From a virus: DNA of 64,000 bases. Position numbers and translations under genes: made by a program. This document shows, in pieces, positions 43,916 through 52,657 of the stretch (position 1 is the first letter of the stretch; every line of letters starts with the position of its first letter). The stretch spans positions 1 to 64,000 of the IMG/VR virus record IMGVR_UViG_3300025141_000063; one strand, 5' to 3'. The notes below the pieces were generated by a model. The model searched no databases. It was given only the letters and a program-made list of their open reading frames with translations, and was not told where the DNA came from.

Positions 43916-44499
43916 TGGAGGTCCTCATCGTCTACCCAGCGCTACCGCTGACTACAAACCACGCCTACGCCACGGTACGGGGGAGCCATCGGGTGCTGAA
44001 GACCGAGGGGAAGACGTGGAAACGCAACTTCTACGACTTCTTGTGGGAGAAGTATGGTGACGACCTGGACGCGCTGCTTACCTCGGCCGGGGAAGACCAA
44101 TGGCTGCTGGTGTCCTACTACTTCTTCTTCGACTCCCTCGTGAACGCGGCCTTCCTGAAGCGCCACACCACCTCCTTGCCTGAGCGCCCCGGCAAGCGGA
44201 AGGGGAAGAAGGTGACGTTGCCGGCACAGGTTGCCGGTGAGAGGAAGTCGAACGAGCGCTTCAAGCGGCTCGACGCGAGCAACCGGCTGAAGCTGGTCGA
44301 GGACGGCCTGTCCGAGGCCCTGGGCATCGATGACAGCCGCTTCCAGATGGGGTCGGTGCTGAAGTACATGGACCCCGACAACCCCCGTACGGAGGTGCTG
44401 ATCGAAGTCGTGAACCCGATAGATTTCGGCGTCCCAGAGGAGTACGTTCGTGATCCCCGAAGTACCCTGCCCCGCACACGGGATGTACACCGCCCGTGA
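43915..44499 (+). CDS. rusA: RusA-like Holliday junction resolvase
   Basis: PLTTNHAY, DASNRLKLVEDGLSEALGIDDSRF. Confidence 0.8.
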   Translation: MEVLIVYPALPLTTNHAYATVRGSHRVLKTEGKTWKRNFYDFLWEKYGDDLDALLTSAGEDQWLLVSYYFFFDSLVNAAFLKRHTTSLPERPGKRKGKKVTLPAQVAGERKSNERFKRLDASNRLKLVEDGLSEALGIDDSRFQMGSVLKYMDPDNPRTEVLIEVVNPIDFGVPEEYVRDPRSTLPRTRDVHRP

Positions 44500-44827
44500 T
44501 GGTCAGAGGAAGCACTGCCGGAGCACGTCGCGAGTCCTCTGCCTCATGGAGAAGTACGAGGCCTGCTCGCGGTGTCCCCGTCGGAACTTCCAGCTTCTGC
44601 TCGTCAAGACCGACCAGGTGATCACCTGCCCCGTCTTGACTCACTACGTGGAGGGCACGTTGCCCGATGACCCCGTGCGGGCCGCCGACGTCATGCACGT
44701 GGAGAGGACCACGACAGGGAAGATCACCGACGACCAACTGACCCTTCAGACCTGCGTCGACAACCCATTCCAGGGCTGTTCTGGGTGCACAGTGAGGAGA
44801 ACATGGCTCAGCTCACAGAGGAGATGA
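44450..44827 (+). CDS. Cys-rich hypothetical protein
   Basis: Several Cys motifs (CPAH, CSRC, CSGC). Confidence 0.5.
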   Translation: MIPEVPCPAHGMYTARDGQRKHCRSTSRVLCLMEKYEACSRCPRRNFQLLLVKTDQVITCPVLTHYVEGTLPDDPVRAADVMHVERTTTGKITDDQLTLQTCVDNPFQGCSGCTVRRTWLSSQRR

Positions 44828-45120
44828 ACCGCACCGAGCTGCTTGTGTGTGCCGAGCAGCAGCAGCTCGGCACACTTCGGCGCAGCATCGGGCGCAAGCG
44901 GCTCGAGAAGCTCGTGCTGGGAGAGGAGGAACCCCGGGACAACGAGAAGTGCGGGACCTTGGCCCCTCGGAAGGCCACGGCCCTGTTCATCACCAGGTAT
45001 CGAGACCGCTGCACCTTGCCCATTAGTGTGGGCGGGGTTGAGTGCAGCGGCGACTGCACCTCCTACGGCTGTCCCCCCGCCATCGCCATCAACTGCAACC
45101 TCGACATCAGCCGACGATGA
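44803..45120 (+). CDS. Cys-rich hypothetical protein
   Basis: GAGGAG RBS; C-terminal CSGDCTSYGCPP. Confidence 0.6.
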   Translation: MAQLTEEMNRTELLVCAEQQQLGTLRRSIGRKRLEKLVLGEEEPRDNEKCGTLAPRKATALFITRYRDRCTLPISVGGVECSGDCTSYGCPPAIAINCNLDISRR

Positions 45121-45905
45121 CCACCTGTTTGACCTGCTCTTCCATCGCGGAGTGTGCCGAGGCAGCACGCGCAGGACCTGACCAAGTACCGACGCACTCG
45201 TGTGTCTCCTGGAGCAAGGCTCCGCCCTACGTCCTGGCTGCCCGCCAGGACACCCTGAAACTGGGTCCCCTCGGAGTGCTTGCGCTCCTGGAGACCTCCA
45301 CTTCCCACCTGACCGACAGAGAAGAGACCCTCGCTATGTCCAACGAGAAGTACGAGGCCCGCAAGGCCGAGCTCACCCCCAAGCACCGTCCCGCCCTGAA
45401 GCGGGAGCTGAGCGCTCTCCTGAAGCCCCTGAAGGGCAAGCACCTGCAGGCCGCCCTGGCGACCTTCAAGCCGGAAGAGGACTGGCCCGCCGACGACGAC
45501 GACGCGCGCAAGAAGGCCAACGGCCTGGCGCTCCGCACCCCCCAGGAGGAGATGGTCGACGCGCTCCTCGCCATCCAGTTCCCCGCCGAGACCCAGGACG
45601 AGGAGGTCGAGGAGAAGCCGAAGCCGAAGCCGAAGCGGGGCCGCACCAAGAAGGCCGCCCCGAAGAAGGAAGCGGCTGCCGCCGCGGAGGATGACTCCGC
45701 GGTCGGCAGCAAGGTCGCCGAGCTGGGCGTGGTCCTCAACGACATCGCCGACTTCATGGAGAGCGAGCGCAAGGCCCGCATCGAGTTCGAGGGCCAGGTC
45801 GCTCTCGCCCTCGTGGTCATCGCCAACGACGCCAGCACCGAGGAGGGCTACGGCGACTTCGACGAGCTCGTCGCCTTCGGCAAGGAGCTGACCTCGGAGG
45901 GGTAG
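45117..45905 (+). CDS. hypothetical protein with Lys/Ala-rich linker (alternative start 45336)
   Basis: Strong codon bias from 45336; KPKPKPKRGRTKKAAPKKEAAAAA segment. Confidence 0.6.
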   Translation: MTTCLTCSSIAECAEAARAGPDQVPTHSCVSWSKAPPYVLAARQDTLKLGPLGVLALLETSTSHLTDREETLAMSNEKYEARKAELTPKHRPALKRELSALLKPLKGKHLQAALATFKPEEDWPADDDDARKKANGLALRTPQEEMVDALLAIQFPAETQDEEVEEKPKPKPKRGRTKKAAPKKEAAAAAEDDSAVGSKVAELGVVLNDIADFMESERKARIEFEGQVALALVVIANDASTEEGYGDFDELVAFGKELTSEG

Positions 45906-45907
45906 AA

Positions 45908-45978
45908 CCTCGTTCCGTAAAGGAGACTGCGAACGCTGATCTGCGGGAGCGGATCAGCGTTCGTGGTTCGGAGCGGGG
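45908..45978 (+). ncRNA. 71-nt rod-like structured RNA element
   Basis: Outer 10-bp stem (45908-17/45969-78), 7-nt bulge UAAAGGA, inner 20-bp stem (45925-44/45949-68), GGGA tetraloop; all non-Watson-Crick pairs are G-U. Confidence 0.6.
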
Positions 45979-45991
45979 AGTCACACCTCCG

Positions 45992-46192
45992 GTGGACGCC
46001 GACCTGGTGAAGGTCTCCTCGGACGAGCTCCGGGGCATGACTGACGAAGAGCTAGTGGACTGGTCCGCTACGATCCTGGGTCTTCGGATCGAGGACGCGG
46101 ACGTGGTCTACGAAGGGAATCGCATCGTGGGGTACAAGCGGGGACGCTTGCTCACGAGGATCGTCCAGCTCGCCTACTTGGTCGAGGAGTGA
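45992..46192 (+). CDS. small hypothetical protein
   Basis: GGGGAG SD upstream of GTG; 66 aa. Confidence 0.55.
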   Translation: MDADLVKVSSDELRGMTDEELVDWSATILGLRIEDADVVYEGNRIVGYKRGRLLTRIVQLAYLVEE

Positions 46193-46197
46193 GAGGT

Positions 46198-46219
46198 GGG
46201 CTGGCCTTCGGGCCAGCTC
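46198..46219. terminator. C(UUCG)G hairpin at the convergence of the replication and tail operons
   Basis: GGGCTGGCC-TTCG-GGCCAGCTC. Confidence 0.6.
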
Positions 46220-46493
46220 ATCGTCCCCTCTTCTTAGCTCGCAACATCGTGGTTCGGCTCTTGACGATCGCGTTGGCCCGCTTGAGGTCCTCGAGGTAGG
46301 TGGGACTGCGGGACTGCACCAGCTTGCGCTTGCGCTCCACGTGCCACGGACGGTTCTCGATGACGTTCGCCCCCGGCGACATGACCGGGCGGTGCTCCAC
46401 CGGCTCTCGGGTAGGAGCAGCCACACGGACACGAGGAACCTGCCGAATGCGGGAAGCCTCCGCCTGCTGCTTCGCCAGGTCCCGGGGGTTCAC
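46218..46493 (-). CDS. basic hypothetical protein (91 aa)
   Basis: GTG start overlaps the stop of the 1836-aa gene; Arg/Lys-rich. Confidence 0.5.
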   Translation of the reverse strand: MNPRDLAKQQAEASRIRQVPRVRVAAPTREPVEHRPVMSPGANVIENRPWHVERKRKLVQSRSPTYLEDLKRANAIVKSRTTMLRAKKRGR

Positions 46494-49400
46494 GGGTTCA
46501 TCCGGGTGTACCGACAGCCCAGAGTGGCTCCCCGGAACTTGAAGCGGGTGAACGAGTTGAAGGCCGAGGTGATGCCCTCTCCGCCGCCCCCGATCTCTCG
46601 CACGCCCCACCGAAACGCGCCGCCGAACGGGATGGGGTACAGGGTGCTGTCGATGGTGGCGGTGCTGAGTTCCCGGGGCGTCCCGACCCCCCACGCCTTG
46701 ACCACTACGAAGTAGCTGTACTGGCGACGGTCCACCTGCAGCATCCTCTCGTTCTTCGCCGCCCCGAAGGGGTCCGTCAGGTCGATCTTCGTCAGGATGA
46801 AGTTCTCGTTACGGACCCCCTGCACAACGGTGGGCCCCACATCACCGCACTTGGTGTCGTTCTGTTGTCCCGCAACACCCTCAGTGAACGCCGTGGAGTC
46901 CAGATCTACCACCTCCGAGTGGATCAGCTCGGAGAAGCCCCCCGCGAAGTCGTCCCATGCCCCTACTTCCGAGCTACTGAGCGTAGCGCCGGCGTGGCTC
47001 TGGGGATGGTTCTCCGTGGGGAGGGCGGAGTACCGCCACAACTCGATCAAGTACCCCTCCAAGGCCTCCATCTTGTCCTCGACATCGCACTCGACGTCGT
47101 AAACCACGCCCCAGTTCAAGGTCTTCCCATTGAGCTGCAGGAGTTCTGTACTGGTGGCTGTCCCCGGAGTTCCCGCAGGCCGGATACTCATGGCCACATG
47201 GAGGGTAGAGAGGATTGACCCGTGTGGAGGGTCCAACGAGATGATGTGGCCCACTTGTCCACCACGGCGAGCGTCCACGTTGTTGAGTTCGTACACCCCG
47301 ACCCCCGCCCCGTCGATCAGGGTAGGCGGCGCGAACTTGCCCCCGAGAAAGAGGAAGGCCGCATCGTTCCGGCCGCGGAACCAGAAGGTGGACGGGGACA
47401 TGAGGTCCAGGAAGCCATCGATCGTAGCGCCCCCGTCAGCCACGTACTGGATCGCCGGGGGAGTAGGGATGCCCTGGGAGTTCAAGATGAGGGGGCGGAC
47501 GTCGCCGTACCCGATGTTGCCGTAGGGTCCCGCACACTCGGGCCCGTAGGTCTTCCAGTCCAGCGCCTCGGTGTGGAGTTCAAACCCCGCGCTGCTGACC
47601 GCCCCGGTGGTGACCAGGTGGCCTGCGACGGTGGCCTGCTGCTCCTCCTCTACCGCAGCCTGGAAGACATACATCGTGTGTGCCCCGGCGGGGAACCCTC
47701 CCGCCAAGGTATGGCCCAGCGCCAGACGCAACACGACGGGCCCGTTGTCGTTCATCGCGTCCACGGCCTCTTCGCGCAGGTCGAAGCCCATCTCTGTGCT
47801 GTTGAAGGTGATCTGCGTAGTCACCTCGTCGTCCGCAAAGAAGTCCATCGTGAAGGACTTCTCCAGGCTGATCAGAGAGCCGCCGATGCCGTCGACCAGG
47901 GCCACGCGAACGGTCTTGAGCTGTCCGGCGGTCGCTCCTCCCAGACCGATGTGCTTGAGCCGCAAGGTGACCGTGTAGCTGTAGTGCCTGCGGAACTGGA
48001 GTTCCGACACCTGTACGTAGGCAAACAGGGACTCTGGGGTGAACGGCCCCGGCTCGGACGGCGTGTCCCAGTGAATGCGAATGGCGCCCCCAACACCAGC
48101 CCCATCGAAGCTCTCATCGAACGCCGTGTTGATGTTGTACCTGGCGGGTCCCGCCACCCGGAAGGCCCACTCCCCCGTCTCGAAGTTGGTCAGCGCTGTA
48201 GCGGATCCGCCGAAGCCCAGGGGCTCCCGGAGCTGGTGCCAGGCTTCGTTGGCGATGGGGTGCCGAGACGTCCCCGTGGCCAGCCCCAATGTCCACGAGC
48301 CCGCGCCGATCTGAACGATGCCCGTACCGTTGGCGTAGTCCCTTCGAGCGGCGGCGGTGACTCCGTCGATTGAGGGGGGAAGGATCCCTGCGATGGCCGC
48401 AAGGTCGTAGTGGCCGGTCTTCCCGCTCTCCACCCTGTGGGTTCCGAGCAGGGCGAAGGACTCGAGGTCCAAGTTGGCGAAGTGCCACCGCGCCCCAAGA
48501 ATCTTGATCTTGTTGTCGCCGATGTCCACCGGCAAGGTCACCCCGTCCAGGAGGACCTCCACCCAGTAGCGGGGGTTCTCCCCGTCAGGGATGTCCACGT
48601 TGATGATCGTGTAGACCCCGTCGTATGCGTCGATTGCTGCATCGAGCTTGATCTGCTGGCCGATGTACGCCGCGGGGTCTTCCAGCAGTCGGGAGGCGTC
48701 GGTAGTCCCGTCCCATACGATGAAGCCGCTGGTGCGGTGCGACCTGCTACGCGCGGGGTCCGGGGGCTGCAGGAAGGCCGCGATGGACGTCGACGTGTAC
48801 GACGGGGGCATCGTACGTCCAGGCTGGCCCAGCCTGGACAGCTTCGTGCCTCCCTTCCCGTCGACGAGGTGGTACCTGTCTCCGCTGGCCACGGAGATCG
48901 GGGAGTTCGAGAAGCGAGAGCCCATGGGGAGCTCGGTGTACGTGCCGCCGTACATCTTGTGGAGGTTGTCGCCTCCCGGCCAGAAGGAGCGAGGATCCCA
49001 CTGGTAGTAGGCCCCCAGCAGCTCCTGCGAGCCGCTCTGCATCATGGAGTACGTGTCTTCGCGCACGGATACGATCGTCGCCTTGCCGTCAACAAAGGTG
49101 AGGTCGTCGGGGGAGGGTACACCCCCGTGGACACCTCCCTGCGCCCAGCCCACCGCAACCAGCGCGGCATCCGTGCCCTTCTGGGCCACGTAGAGAGCGG
49201 CCCCCTTCATGGCGGGATCGGCGGCGGCCCCGTTCATGGAGAAGGTCTCTGCGACGAAGGCGCCGGCCCAACCGCCACGCTCAGCTGCGGTAGCGAGGGC
49301 CGCTCCGCCGGGAGCAAGGTTCGCCCCGACGATTGAGCCCGTGTGCCAGCTCTCCAGCCCGTTGGCGGGCATGTACGAGGAGAAGTAGGCGGCGGAGCCC

Positions 49401-52000
49401 TGTGCCGAGTCGCCCCGGATGTACGCGGCGAAGTCGGAGTCGTTGATGTAGGCGAAGAAGCCGTTCGACTGGCCTCGCCAGTCCACCCCCACTACGCCCA
49501 GCTGCTGGATGGTGTCCGGGGCGGTGACCGTCTCCTGCAGCTCGATGGCGTCCTCGAAGAAGGAGTGCCCCACCCGAATGAGAGCGTTCCCTGCGCGGGT
49601 GAGGAAGGTGCCCTGCGGCTGGGTGTAGAGGTGCCCTCGGCCTCCGTCTGGACCGGAGGCCACGAAGGAGGGGTGCTGCCCGTCGAAGTTCATCACCCGG
49701 ATGCGCTGCAGGCCGCCATCGAGCTGAGTGACCAGGTACCAGCCGTCGTTGTTCTCCGTGTCCGTCAGGCGAATCACCGACTGAGAGTAGCTAGGGGAAG
49801 GCGCCGCGAGAGCGCGGATGTTCGAGCTGCCGCTGGGGTCGAACCCCACATGGACCCACCCATCTCCTGCGTCGAGGACGGCGAACTCGATCACGAAGTG
49901 CTGGAGGCCCTCCGGCACGGCCCCGTCGGTGTGCGTGGTCGCCTCGCGCACGGCCAGCATGTGGTGGCCGTAGAAGCGGCCCGCGACGCGGTCCTCCTCG
50001 TGCACGTACCCCAGGCGACCGAAGCTGGCGCTCTGCAGCACGTGGGTCGACATGGCCGCCGGGAAGCCGTCGAACCTGCCTGTCACGACGGAGTAGCCGT
50101 AGTCCCCGCCCAGGGGAATCGTCGGGTTCCACTCGCCGGGCTCGAGGACCACGGTCTCCGAGTTGATGTAGTCGATGATCACGAAGGCCGCGCGCAGACG
50201 GACTGCCCCACTCACCTTGGAGGTGATCAGGACCTGCCGGCCCACGTCGTCGATGGTGAATGCTTGGCCTGGGGCGAAGAAGACGTTGCCTGCGAGGATC
50301 GTGGCGGCCAGTCCCGTAAGTCCCACCGAGGTGTGCGCGCGAGGGATGGGCGGTGTCTGGTTGTTCCACTCGGGGGCGTTCCAATCGACGTTGACGAAGA
50401 AGCCTCCGCCCCCTCCCAGACCTTGGCCGTCGTAGGCACCCTGCAGGGTGGTGCGCCGATGCAGGAACTCCATCGAGATCAGCGGGTCTCCGCTGGAGTC
50501 CAACGGCCCGCTGTAAACGAACGGGTTGCCCACTACGCTGTGGGCGAAGGGTGCCTCCGTGAAGTCGTCGGTCGAGTTGACCAACGGCCCCTTCATCTCG
50601 CGGATCACCTGCTGCACCAACGAGTCCACCTCCTCCGAGGTGGAGATGGCCAACTTCAACAGGTAGTCCGTAGGCAGGGAGCCAAGCTGGTAGCCGCCAC
50701 CGACGATCACCCGGAACTTCTTGCCTACCGGGATGGGTGGATCGAAGGTCAGCCACACATCAGTAGCGAACTCGCTGTTGGCCCAGACTTCCGCTGTGCC
50801 CAAGACACCAGGAGAGTCGTTGAGTTCGCCGCGGTCCTCCGGAGTCGCTCCCCGAAGCAGCAACATCTCGTCGCTGTAGACCGCTTCGACCTGATAGGTG
50901 CCGTCGTGGTTGAACGGAGTAGTGACCCCCGCGCCAGAGATGACTACCCGGTCGTAGACGTCAACACCCGCTGTCTGGAATGGCGCCCCCAACACACGGA
51001 TCGCGGTGTTGTAGACGATCTCGTCGATGCCTGCGGCGACGGTCTTCCTGAAGTTCAGCCCCAGCAGGTTGCCGCCGTCCAAAGGCGTCCACATCGCCAC
51101 ATCAGGCACGGCACCGGCCAACAGGTTGCCCGCGGAGTCGAAGGTAGGCACGGGGGCGATGCGCTCTCCGTGAGTGACGCAAACCACCCGCACGGTCTCC
51201 CCGCCGACCACCATCTCGGCCAGCGTGTCCTCCTCGACCACCGCGAAGTAATCCGCGATGTCGTTGAGGTTCGATACGTTCGAGAGCCCTCGCCCCAAGT
51301 AGATCCTGTTCGATAGACCGGAGTCCACGGTACTCAGAGTGCTCAGGTCCACCTGCTCGACCGGCCCGACCGCGGGGAGGACTCGGGTGTTCCAGGGAGC
51401 GACCGTCGGATCGATGTTGTCGATGACCATCGGGAGGGCAATGAGCCGGTCCAGGCTGGCCGCGAGATAGTCCCCGTTGTAAGCCAGCGCGTCGATGGCC
51501 CGGTTCAGAACTCCGGAGGTGACATCCTCTCCGCCAGTGGCGTAGTAGGTGCCCGGTGGATTGAGTTCGCTCAATCCTGCAGGGGAGAAGGAGCGGTCCC
51601 CGCCGTCCGAGGTGGCGAGCGGGTCGGGATGGAGGGCGAAGCCGATGTCCACGGCAGCATCCACGGCGGGAGCGGAGCTCTCCACGCGGAGCTGCGCCCC
51701 ATCGCCAACGCTGTTGCCCGTAATGACCAGGAAGCCGCCTTCGTCTGAGGCGGTGGCGTCGATGAGCCCGGTGATGGGGGTGTTGAGGGCGGTGACGATG
51801 TCGTTGATGGCGGCCGAAGCGAGGGCCACTACTCGGAGCGTGCCGTCCACTCGAACCGACAGCGTGGCGGGGGTGAGGAAGCCGAAGCTGAGGGTGGCGT
51901 CGGCTCGGCGGTTCTCGCTGCGCAGAGTGGGAGGCCCCTGCACCAGGTTGTTGGTGTTGCCCCGGAGGAAGGGCCGACGGAGGAAGCGGAAGACGCTCAT
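46490..52000 (-). CDS. large tail/baseplate-associated structural protein (1836 aa)
   Basis: Gly/Ala/Thr/Val-rich, Lys-poor, beta-rich composition; repeated G-x-Y-x-[IV] modules; tail operon. Confidence 0.6.
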   Translation of the reverse strand: MSVFRFLRRPFLRGNTNNLVQGPPTLRSENRRADATLSFGFLTPATLSVRVDGTLRVVALASAAINDIVTALNTPITGLIDATASDEGGFLVITGNSVGDGAQLRVESSAPAVDAAVDIGFALHPDPLATSDGGDRSFSPAGLSELNPPGTYYATGGEDVTSGVLNRAIDALAYNGDYLAASLDRLIALPMVIDNIDPTVAPWNTRVLPAVGPVEQVDLSTLSTVDSGLSNRIYLGRGLSNVSNLNDIADYFAVVEEDTLAEMVVGGETVRVVCVTHGERIAPVPTFDSAGNLLAGAVPDVAMWTPLDGGNLLGLNFRKTVAAGIDEIVYNTAIRVLGAPFQTAGVDVYDRVVISGAGVTTPFNHDGTYQVEAVYSDEMLLLRGATPEDRGELNDSPGVLGTAEVWANSEFATDVWLTFDPPIPVGKKFRVIVGGGYQLGSLPTDYLLKLAISTSEEVDSLVQQVIREMKGPLVNSTDDFTEAPFAHSVVGNPFVYSGPLDSSGDPLISMEFLHRRTTLQGAYDGQGLGGGGGFFVNVDWNAPEWNNQTPPIPRAHTSVGLTGLAATILAGNVFFAPGQAFTIDDVGRQVLITSKVSGAVRLRAAFVIIDYINSETVVLEPGEWNPTIPLGGDYGYSVVTGRFDGFPAAMSTHVLQSASFGRLGYVHEEDRVAGRFYGHHMLAVREATTHTDGAVPEGLQHFVIEFAVLDAGDGWVHVGFDPSGSSNIRALAAPSPSYSQSVIRLTDTENNDGWYLVTQLDGGLQRIRVMNFDGQHPSFVASGPDGGRGHLYTQPQGTFLTRAGNALIRVGHSFFEDAIELQETVTAPDTIQQLGVVGVDWRGQSNGFFAYINDSDFAAYIRGDSAQGSAAYFSSYMPANGLESWHTGSIVGANLAPGGAALATAAERGGWAGAFVAETFSMNGAAADPAMKGAALYVAQKGTDAALVAVGWAQGGVHGGVPSPDDLTFVDGKATIVSVREDTYSMMQSGSQELLGAYYQWDPRSFWPGGDNLHKMYGGTYTELPMGSRFSNSPISVASGDRYHLVDGKGGTKLSRLGQPGRTMPPSYTSTSIAAFLQPPDPARSRSHRTSGFIVWDGTTDASRLLEDPAAYIGQQIKLDAAIDAYDGVYTIINVDIPDGENPRYWVEVLLDGVTLPVDIGDNKIKILGARWHFANLDLESFALLGTHRVESGKTGHYDLAAIAGILPPSIDGVTAAARRDYANGTGIVQIGAGSWTLGLATGTSRHPIANEAWHQLREPLGFGGSATALTNFETGEWAFRVAGPARYNINTAFDESFDGAGVGGAIRIHWDTPSEPGPFTPESLFAYVQVSELQFRRHYSYTVTLRLKHIGLGGATAGQLKTVRVALVDGIGGSLISLEKSFTMDFFADDEVTTQITFNSTEMGFDLREEAVDAMNDNGPVVLRLALGHTLAGGFPAGAHTMYVFQAAVEEEQQATVAGHLVTTGAVSSAGFELHTEALDWKTYGPECAGPYGNIGYGDVRPLILNSQGIPTPPAIQYVADGGATIDGFLDLMSPSTFWFRGRNDAAFLFLGGKFAPPTLIDGAGVGVYELNNVDARRGGQVGHIISLDPPHGSILSTLHVAMSIRPAGTPGTATSTELLQLNGKTLNWGVVYDVECDVEDKMEALEGYLIELWRYSALPTENHPQSHAGATLSSSEVGAWDDFAGGFSELIHSEVVDLDSTAFTEGVAGQQNDTKCGDVGPTVVQGVRNENFILTKIDLTDPFGAAKNERMLQVDRRQYSYFVVVKAWGVGTPRELSTATIDSTLYPIPFGGAFRWGVREIGGGGEGITSAFNSFTRFKFRGATLGCRYTRMNP

Positions 52001-52654
52001 CTACACGACCCTCAGCTCATAGATCACCTCGAGGGTGCGGTTGCTGTTCTTGGTGAAGGGGTCGAAGGGCTTGTAGCCCACCGGCGCCTGGGAGCCTGCG
52101 GTGGCGAGGTCGGTGGGTCTGCCCGCCTCGTTGTTGACCGCGGGGTTGCCATCGGTGAAGCAGCCGAACTCCGTCAGCACCACGGGGTTCGGCAGGCTCA
52201 GCTCGTTCTCGGCGTACTCCCGGCGGAGCTGCACCGAAGTGCGCGCGGTGCCGAGGGAGGCAGAGGGGAAGGTGACCGGCACCTGCGCAGGGGCCAGGAA
52301 CAGGCTCGTCTGGTACTCCACGGGGGAGACCAGGCGGGTCACCTCGGCGACCTCGGGGGTGATGCCGATGCCGAACCCGAAGTAGCGGAGCGCGTCGTCC
52401 CGGTTCTTGGTGCGGGAGGGGGTCAGAGCGGCCAGCGTGATCGTCTCGACGATGAACTCGCGCCCCGAGAGGGTCCAGATGTTGTGCCCCTCTCTGCGGG
52501 CCACCAGCTTGCCTCGCTCGCGCATCTCCATCTTCAGGAAGCCGCCGATCTGCGGGCCATCTCCTCCCGAGCCTCCGCCCCCTCTACGACGGCCCCCCAG
52601 AAGGAGCCGATCCGCAAGCTGAGCGATGTCCCTGAACCTGTGCGCGATGCTCAT
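52001..52654 (-). CDS. tail-collar/baseplate-type structural protein
   Basis: HNIWT..GR, FGFGIG, LTEFGCFTD, FTK...LEVIYELR pattern. Confidence 0.5.
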   Translation of the reverse strand: MSIAHRFRDIAQLADRLLLGGRRRGGGGSGGDGPQIGGFLKMEMRERGKLVARREGHNIWTLSGREFIVETITLAALTPSRTKNRDDALRYFGFGIGITPEVAEVTRLVSPVEYQTSLFLAPAQVPVTFPSASLGTARTSVQLRREYAENELSLPNPVVLTEFGCFTDGNPAVNNEAGRPTDLATAGSQAPVGYKPFDPFTKNSNRTLEVIYELRVV

Positions 52655-52657
52655 CTG

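Noticed and set aside
45908-45978. tRNA or simple intrinsic terminator
   Set aside because: The fold is a rod, not a cloverleaf, and no U tract follows the stem.
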